Source of the DNA: Candidatus Latescibacterota bacterium
GTDB lineage: Bacteria > Latescibacterota > UBA2968 > UBA8231
Direction: 5' to 3'
Assembly: GCA_965261395.1 (NCBI GenBank)
Contig: OZ253462.1
Location: 1,696,001 to 1,760,000, forward strand
Length of the DNA: 64,000 nucleotides
Under the pieces are notes generated by a model that saw only the letters and a program-made list of their open reading frames with translations, was not told where the DNA came from and searched no databases. The translations under genes were made by a program, and so were the position numbers. Positions 57,788 to 64,000 of the stretch are shown one piece after another (position 1 is the stretch's first letter; the number at the start of each line of letters is the position of its first letter).

Positions 57788-58834
57788 TCAAGCCCAGCGG
57801 ATTGGTATCTCTAAATCGCGGGCTAGTTCGTCCACTTGGTCGGCCAAGGTGGCTTCGAGGGCGATGCCGTGTTTTAGGTAGTCGGCGCGCCGCCGGTAGC
57901 TGCCTTCGCCCGGCCACTGCACTAGGCCCTGCTCGGGTGCTGCTTCCACCGATTTAATATGGGCTTTCAGATCGGCGCTGCGGTCGTGCAGCCAGTCGCC
58001 AAAGGGCTTGAGAGCGATAAAGCACTTGGTGGAGCCGCCGGCCGAATCCGTTGGCCGGCCCTCGGTGCCCTGCTCAAAAGCGAGGAGGCTGCCGGCCAGT
58101 CCAGCCGTGAGCAGATCGACCATAAAAGCAAGTCCCGAGCCTTTGTGCTGGCCCATGGGCAAAAAGCGCCACGATTGCAGCAAGTCACTCGGATCCGTAG
58201 TGGGCTTTCCGCGCTCGTCGAGGCCCCAACCTTCGGGGATGCTGCGTCCGGCGGCCTCGGCCTGTCGCACGCGGCTTATGGAGGATTGGGTCATGGCCAA
58301 GTCGAGGACCACGGGCTCGCCGTCGGCGGTGGGAATGCCAATGGAGAGGGGATTGTTGCCTAGGGAAGGGACGCGCGTGCCCCAGGCGGGAAAGTTGGCA
58401 AACGCGTTGGTGAAAGCCAGGCCGACCAGCCCGGCGCGGGCGGCCCGCAAAGCATAGCTATGCCCGCGCCCCCAGTGCCCGACAGCGCGGACGACGCAGG
58501 TGCCCACGCCGTATTGCCGCGCCCGTTCGAGTGCCCAATCCATGCCCTGCGCCGAAGAGAAGCGGCCAATGCCGCCTCCCGCATCGATCAGCCGGGAGGC
58601 TGGGTACTCGACGATGGTTGCAAAGCGGGGATCAGGCGTCAAAATTCCCTGGCGGATATAATTGATCGCCGAGGGCAATAAGGCGACGCCGTGGGTGTGG
58701 CCACCGTGCAGATCCACTTCCGCGCCGATTTGGGCTTCGACTGCGGCCACGTGCGGCGGTACTCCTACGGCTGCGAGCGCGTCGAGGAAGAATTGTTCCA
58801 GATCGGTGTGGGCGATGCGCTTGGGCTGGCTCAT
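57788..58834 (-). CDS. Ldh_2 family (malate/L-lactate/sulfolactate-type) oxidoreductase
   Basis: THGV, HWG, LGNNPLSIGIP, LDLAMT, IPEGWGLD, HKGSGL, WPGE. Confidence 0.9.
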   Translation of the reverse strand: MSQPKRIAHTDLEQFFLDALAAVGVPPHVAAVEAQIGAEVDLHGGHTHGVALLPSAINYIRQGILTPDPRFATIVEYPASRLIDAGGGIGRFSSAQGMDWALERARQYGVGTCVVRAVGHWGRGHSYALRAARAGLVGLAFTNAFANFPAWGTRVPSLGNNPLSIGIPTADGEPVVLDLAMTQSSISRVRQAEAAGRSIPEGWGLDERGKPTTDPSDLLQSWRFLPMGQHKGSGLAFMVDLLTAGLAGSLLAFEQGTEGRPTDSAGGSTKCFIALKPFGDWLHDRSADLKAHIKSVEAAPEQGLVQWPGEGSYRRRADYLKHGIALEATLADQVDELARDLEIPIRWA

Positions 58835-58875
58835 GGTCAGTGCCTTATTGGACAGAGCGGAATATAACGGGGCAT

Positions 58876-59121
58876 TTACCAGACTTCTTTCCCAATAGGC
58901 CCGTCCCAATCCAGTTCTTCAACTCGGTACTCTTTGGGCATCTTTGACAACAACTCCTGCAAATCGTATCTCCCGCGAACTTTAGTCGTAGGCTCAATTA
59001 TAATCCGCCCTTTTTCGACGGAAATATCCACTTCGTCGCCCACGTTTAGCTGCGCTTCTTGGAGAATGGCCTTGGCCAACCGAAGCCCTTGGCTGTTTCC
59101 CCATTTCTGTATTGTACTCAA
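58876..59121 (-). CDS. mazE: MazE/AbrB-type antitoxin
   Basis: IQKWGNSQGLRL...YDLQELL...DWDGPIGKEVW; TTG start after AAGGAGG. Confidence 0.9.
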   Translation of the reverse strand: MSTIQKWGNSQGLRLAKAILQEAQLNVGDEVDISVEKGRIIIEPTTKVRGRYDLQELLSKMPKEYRVEELDWDGPIGKEVW

Positions 59122-59244
59122 CTTGGCCGACCTCCTTATAAGGTGATGTATATCCAAAGTATATCCCATGAGAAGCTGAAGGGTAAGGTGGTCTGTTAGC
59201 GGTCCTGGCGGCAAAGTCCACAGGTCGCGGAGAGAGCATTTCCG

Positions 59245-60510
59245 TCAGCTCCCCGTAGAGCGGTAGTGCCGCACGCCCACTTGCCAGCCGCGCACCATAT
59301 AGGCCTGCAACACGCCACTTTCATCGGAATTGAAGAAGCCCGATCCGCCATCCGGCGAGAGGAAAGGATGGATGTGGGTGTCCTTCTGCCAGGACGATCC
59401 GGGGTCCACGATCTTCCGCGCATTCTCGAGCGCGCCTTGCTCTTCCTCGGGAAGGTCGAACAGCCAGACCGCGCCGCCCCCGTCTTTCGGGCCCGCATCC
59501 GAGATCAAACGGATCCCGTCTAGGTCCGTTGCGAAATGCCAGAAATCGGGCCCGGCAAAGGAGCGAGACAGGTCGTTGCGCCATCCGCCCAGCGCGTTGA
59601 TGCCTTCATCGCCGACGTGCGCTACCGCCCTTCCCGCTATGAGCTGTCTTTCGTCTGGTTGGCGCGTCGAGGTGCTGGTGATGGCCATGTCGCGTCTGCC
59701 CTGCCAGCACTGATGCCCCTGACAGAACTCGTTCCCATCCCTGCCCCAGGGGAAGTCGCGCAGCTTTGTGCCATCGTCTCGGATCAGGTGGATGTCCGCG
59801 CCCAGCCCGCTGACGAGCTTTTCCAGCTTGCCATCGGCTGCAACGGTATTCCCGTGGTTTTCTTGGATCATGATGTCGTGGGAAGCCACGGGGTCCGTTT
59901 GACGCGTGTACTGCGGGTGCATGTTGCACCAGGTGGGACCGTGAAAGACCAACCGTACGGATGGCTCTTCGATCTCGAAGACGAGCAGACCCCAGGGTGC
60001 CCCTGCGCTTTGGCCGTCCCCGAGGAATCCCGAGATGGCGATGCGCCCGCCATCGGATGAAATCGTCGAAAGCGGATACGGTCGGCTCAACCTGAAATTA
60101 GTCTCCGGAATCGCGTGATCTAGGACATAGACGATCTCGCGTTCAGACCCATCCAGCCCGACCCGCTTCAGCGTCAGTCGTCCGCCGCCCCCAGGCTCTG
60201 TTTTATTGACGAAGTAGTACAGGTGGGCACCATCTGGTGAGATAGACGGCCCCGTCGTTCCACGCTCGGTGGTGATCGGCGTCAGGCTGCAATTGTCTTC
60301 TAGGTTGCAAACCAGAAACTGGTGCTCGGGGTCCTGCGGATCAGAGCCGTGCGGATGCGCTGAGCGGTGGAGGATCAGCCGCTGTGAATCGGGCGTGAAG
60401 ATCTGCGCTTCCATATAGATATGTGATGAGGGGATCGACTCATCCGTGAGCTGGATGACTTCCAGATTGTCCCGCTCGGTCTCTGGGACGAGGTCAGGTC
60501 GGACTTTCAT
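59245..60510 (-). CDS. Oligogalacturonate-lyase-like beta-propeller protein
   Basis: QLTD...HIYMEAQIFTPDS and HIHPFLSPDG...FNSD; last 13 aa shared with the neighbouring permease. Confidence 0.7.
   Translation of the reverse strand: MKVRPDLVPETERDNLEVIQLTDESIPSSHIYMEAQIFTPDSQRLILHRSAHPHGSDPQDPEHQFLVCNLEDNCSLTPITTERGTTGPSISPDGAHLYYFVNKTEPGGGGRLTLKRVGLDGSEREIVYVLDHAIPETNFRLSRPYPLSTISSDGGRIAISGFLGDGQSAGAPWGLLVFEIEEPSVRLVFHGPTWCNMHPQYTRQTDPVASHDIMIQENHGNTVAADGKLEKLVSGLGADIHLIRDDGTKLRDFPWGRDGNEFCQGHQCWQGRRDMAITSTSTRQPDERQLIAGRAVAHVGDEGINALGGWRNDLSRSFAGPDFWHFATDLDGIRLISDAGPKDGGGAVWLFDLPEEEQGALENARKIVDPGSSWQKDTHIHPFLSPDGGSGFFNSDESGVLQAYMVRGWQVGVRHYRSTGS
59247..59287. repeat. 41-bp direct repeat, identical to 60652-60692
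   Basis: AGCTCCCCGTAGAGCGGTAGTGCCGCACGCCCACTTGCCAG present at both sites. Confidence 0.95.
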
Positions 60511-60649
60511 TGCTTTTTCTCCCTATTGACGGCGTGGCACTCCGAGGAAGAAAGGTATATGTCTGCCGAACCATATCAAGGTAAACGAGATACCTCGGCA
60601 GATGACGAAGCCAACCCGATCGTCGGGGCCAATGGTTCGGCGGCACTAG

Positions 60650-61453
60650 TTAGCTCCCCGTAGAGCGGTAGTGCCGCACGCCCACTTGCCAGACTTGCAG
60701 ACAGATCACAAAAAAGAGCAGGCCCACGGTCGGGGCTAGCCATTGGAATAACGGGCCTGAACCCAAGGGGTCGGGGCGCTCCAGAATCCCCAAAGCCGGG
60801 TAATAGCTGACGCAGGCGAGGGGGATGACGTAGGTAAAAAAGCGGCGGAACCACGCGCGGTAGATCGCCAGTGGGTACTGGGCGGTCTCCACGCCGCCGT
60901 AGGTTACGGTACTGAAGATTTCCAAACTCTCGGTAGTCCAAAAAGCCAGCGTCGCTTGCAGCACTATGAGGCCGTAAAACAGGCAAGCGCCGCCGAGGAC
61001 GGTGAGCAAGGCGAGGAGCAGCTTGTCCGGCGTCCAGGCCAAGTCTAGGGCATGTGAGGCCCACAGCAGGACGACCAAGCCCTGGATGAGGCGGCCGATG
61101 CGCTTGAGGGTGAGTTCTTGTCCGGCCAATTGCAAGGCCGTGCTGCGAGGGCGCAGCAGCAAGCGGTCGAAGTCGCCGCTTTTGACCGTGGAGGCGAACA
61201 AGTCAAAGCCGCGCGAGAAGGCGTCGCACAGGGCAAAGGCGATATTGATCAGGCCGTAAAAGAAGGCCACTTCGGGCAGGCTCCAGGTGTCGAGGGCGGC
61301 GAAGCGGTCGAAGAGCACCCAGATGCCCAAGAATTCCAGGCCGGTCATCAGGCCGTGGCCCACGGACAGCATGACAAAAGAGGCCCGGTACTGCATTTGG
61401 CTGCGGAAGGAGATGTCGATATAGCGGCCGTACAGGCGCAGTCCATCGAGCAC
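60650..61453 (-). CDS. ABC-2 family permease (DUF990-like)
   Basis: SQMQYRASF, VKSGDFDRLLLRP, QYPLAIY, YRSTGS end. Confidence 0.92.
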   Translation of the reverse strand: MLDGLRLYGRYIDISFRSQMQYRASFVMLSVGHGLMTGLEFLGIWVLFDRFAALDTWSLPEVAFFYGLINIAFALCDAFSRGFDLFASTVKSGDFDRLLLRPRSTALQLAGQELTLKRIGRLIQGLVVLLWASHALDLAWTPDKLLLALLTVLGGACLFYGLIVLQATLAFWTTESLEIFSTVTYGGVETAQYPLAIYRAWFRRFFTYVIPLACVSYYPALGILERPDPLGSGPLFQWLAPTVGLLFFVICLQVWQVGVRHYRSTGS

Positions 61454-61457
61454 GGCG

Positions 61458-62252
61458 TCAACCTCCTTGGACGACTAGGCGACGGGTGCCGCGATAGAGG
61501 AGGAAGCGGCCCAACCCCACCAGGGCTAGCGTCCACGCGAGCTGGTGCCCCACCACCGACCAGACTTGAGACGCGGGAATGTGTCCCATGTAGAGGCGGA
61601 AAGGGGTATCGGCCAAGCCGCGAAAAGGCATGAAGTCGAGTATGGGTTGGAATGCGTCGGGAAACAGCGGCAAGGGGATCACCATGCCTGAAAAGACGTA
61701 GATGCATATCCCCAGCATTTGAATGGTACCTTCTCCGGCGATGGTCCACAACAAGGAGACGTTGACCAAGTTGGACAGGGCTCCGCCTAGGAGGACAGCG
61801 CCCACCATGGCCAAGGCCCAAGCCGCCGCCGCCGCCGGGGACGCGGGAGCTTGCAGGCCGAAGAAGAGCAAGGCCAGACAGAACAACGGCGCTGAACGCA
61901 GCAGAGTGGGGGCGATGCGGTTAGCTAGGGCGCGGCTGTACCAAAAGGCGTACAGATCAACGGGCCGCACCAACTCGTAGGCCACCGTGCCTGTCCGCAC
62001 CATGGTGCGCACGTCGTCGTCGGGATTCCAAGGCAAGAGGGCGAACAGGGCCTGACCGAGCCAGACATAATTGACCACTTCAGCGTAGGTCATGGGCTGC
62101 GCTTGGGTCGCCGTGCGATAGAACGCTTCAAAGATCATCACCCGAATGAGCCCCCAAAATAGCTGCGTGCTCATGCCGGCGAGGGCCGCGGCACGGTACT
62201 GCAGCAACATGCGGATGCGGGCGCTGAGGACGGCCAGATAGGGCCGCATCAA
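61458..62252 (-). CDS. ABC-2 family permease
   Basis: LQYRAAALAG, VRTGTVAYELVRP, FSGMVIPL, LVVQGG end. Confidence 0.92.
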   Translation of the reverse strand: MMRPYLAVLSARIRMLLQYRAAALAGMSTQLFWGLIRVMIFEAFYRTATQAQPMTYAEVVNYVWLGQALFALLPWNPDDDVRTMVRTGTVAYELVRPVDLYAFWYSRALANRIAPTLLRSAPLFCLALLFFGLQAPASPAAAAAWALAMVGAVLLGGALSNLVNVSLLWTIAGEGTIQMLGICIYVFSGMVIPLPLFPDAFQPILDFMPFRGLADTPFRLYMGHIPASQVWSVVGHQLAWTLALVGLGRFLLYRGTRRLVVQGG

Positions 62253-63229
62253 GGGCGACTCCGGTAGAGTTGGGCGATGACTTCCTCAATAGGTGGGTTT
62301 TCCACAAAGAGATCGCGCACCTCGTGGCGGGCGGTGATGCGGCTGATGAGGGCTGGGGCTGAAATGCGTTCGGGGGCAAAGCTGAGATGCACCCGGGGGC
62401 CGTCGCGCTGCACGACGCGAGCGGCCTCGTCTTCAATGGTCGCTGTGGGATCGACTAGATCGACGATGAGGCGGCGCTCGGACGAGACGCGGGCGCGCAA
62501 ATCGGCGAGGCTGCCGTCGGAGAGGATGGTGCCGTCGCCAATGACCATGATCCGGTTGCACAGGGCTTCGATATCGTCCATGTCGTGGGTGGTCAGGATG
62601 ACGGTGGTGCCCTCTCGGCGGTTGAGTTCTTTGATGAAATCGCGCATTGCTAGTTTGGCAACCGCGTCGAGGCCAATGGTCGGCTCGTCCAAAAAGAGCA
62701 GGCGCGGGCCGTGGAGCAGGGCCGCCACCAGATCGCAGCGCATGCGCTGGCCCAAGCTGAGTTGGCGCACGGGCACGTCGAGGAAGGAAGAAAGTTCCAA
62801 CATGGCGATGAGCGCGTCGCGCCGGCGGCGGTAGGCGGCGTGGGGCACTTTGTAGATGTCGCGCAGCAGATCAAAGGATTCAATGGCCGGCAGATCCCAC
62901 CACAATTGGGTGCGCTGGCCGAAGACCACGCCAATGCGGCTGACGTGGCTAATGCGGTCCTGCCAAGGGACGCGGCCCTGAACCTCGCAGCGCCCCGAAT
63001 CGGGTACGACGATGCCGGAGAGGACTTTGACTGTAGTGGATTTGCCCGCCCCGTTTGGCCCGATATAGCCGACCAGTTCGCCGGCTTCCAGCGAGAAAGA
63101 GATGCCGTCCAAAGCTCGGATTGTGCGGTGCGAGCGCTGCACAATGCCCCGGAAGGCACCCCAAAGGCCGGGGCGGCGCTCGGCGATGCGGTAAGTTTTG
63201 ACTAGGTTTTCAACGACGATTAGGGGCAT
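62249..63229 (-). CDS. ABC transporter ATP-binding protein
   Basis: GPNGAGKS, VVFGQRTQLWWDLP, LSLGQRMR, FLDEPTIGLD, TTH. Confidence 0.95.
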   Translation of the reverse strand: MPLIVVENLVKTYRIAERRPGLWGAFRGIVQRSHRTIRALDGISFSLEAGELVGYIGPNGAGKSTTVKVLSGIVVPDSGRCEVQGRVPWQDRISHVSRIGVVFGQRTQLWWDLPAIESFDLLRDIYKVPHAAYRRRRDALIAMLELSSFLDVPVRQLSLGQRMRCDLVAALLHGPRLLFLDEPTIGLDAVAKLAMRDFIKELNRREGTTVILTTHDMDDIEALCNRIMVIGDGTILSDGSLADLRARVSSERRLIVDLVDPTATIEDEAARVVQRDGPRVHLSFAPERISAPALISRITARHEVRDLFVENPPIEEVIAQLYRSRP

Positions 63230-63290
63230 GAATACTAAATAACGAGTACTAGTTTAACAGGAGCCATTGTGGGTTGCTCCTTTTCTCGGA

Positions 63291-63893
63291 CTAGTCGGGA
63301 GCGACCGCGGATTTTTCATAGGGTCGGACAAAGGATTCAGGCTCGACGCCCAAGGCGTCTGCCACGCGGTTGATATAGTTGAAATAGCCGATGATTTGGA
63401 CGGCGTCGTGGATGCCGCGATCATCAAAGCCGTGCTGACGCAATTGGTCGATGTCCTCAGCGGTTGAGTCCTGCGGTCGCCGGGTCAGTTTTTCGGCAAA
63501 GGCGCACAGGGCTTGGTCGGCCGGGGACAGGTCGGCACGGCGCCAGTCCGCGGATAATTGATGCACCAGCCGGTCGGCCGGGGTTCCTTCTGCAACGGCA
63601 AAATCGCGAGCGACCTCAGCCCGGAGGGCGTGGGCGTGAGCGCGTATTCAGTACACGCAGTGATTCGTGGCCGAAACGACTACGGCTAGCATTTCGCGCT
63701 GGCCTCGGCTCAGGGGTGAAGGGCCGTGCATGATGGCCCCGTAAAAATCCAGTGAGGTCTTCATAGCCCGGGGGTTGAGGCTCATGATGGAGACAATGCC
63801 CCAAATGCGCCCGGCCCGAGCGAGGGCGGCTTCGTACTGCTTTTTGAGCAGGCCGGTGGCCCGTTTTAGGGGAATGATGTCTATATAGGGCAT
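63291..63893 (-). CDS. AhpD/CMD-like peroxidase-related enzyme, probable selenoprotein (CxxU)
   Basis: ORFs 63648..63893 and 63291..63566 share a frame; NHCVY-TGA-IRAH puts the UGA at the second Cys of the CxYCxxxH motif. Confidence 0.85.
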
Positions 63894-64000
63894 TTGTTAA
63901 TCGCCTCTGTGACGGTATAACTGGCTGCCGACGGCAAAATGCGTGACATTGTTGCGAGTTTTTTGCTCTCAACCGGAGATTATTACCGCGTCGAAAAAGG

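Overview
GC-rich bacterial window from a diderm organism (TolC, TonB-dependent receptor, outer-membrane barrels). The giant Calx-beta/cadherin/FN3 surface proteins resemble those of marine sponge-associated lineages, but that is inference only. The central feature is an intact, tightly packed 9-gene minus-strand export operon (15583-32043). It encodes TolC, a membrane-fusion protein, two RND permeases, two ABC ATPase domains, an ABC permease and an ABC-permease/pseudo-M1-peptidase fusion. One RND is fused to an ABC ATPase whose fold is split by a ~170-aa hydrophobic insert. Other contents: a TPP riboswitch with a thiamine TonB receptor and thiN, an IS903-like IS5 element inside a LacI gene, a TnpB-only IS200/IS605 element with a nested REP hairpin, a ~4000-aa autotransporter-like adhesin broken by one TAA, an AhpD-like probable selenoprotein, an orphan MazE and assorted catabolic enzymes. 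Two cargo genes are flanked by duplicated 3' ends of their neighbours. Several genes carry single lesions, from real decay or assembly error. No rRNA, tRNA or CRISPR array was seen. All calls come from reading the sequence; no searches were run.
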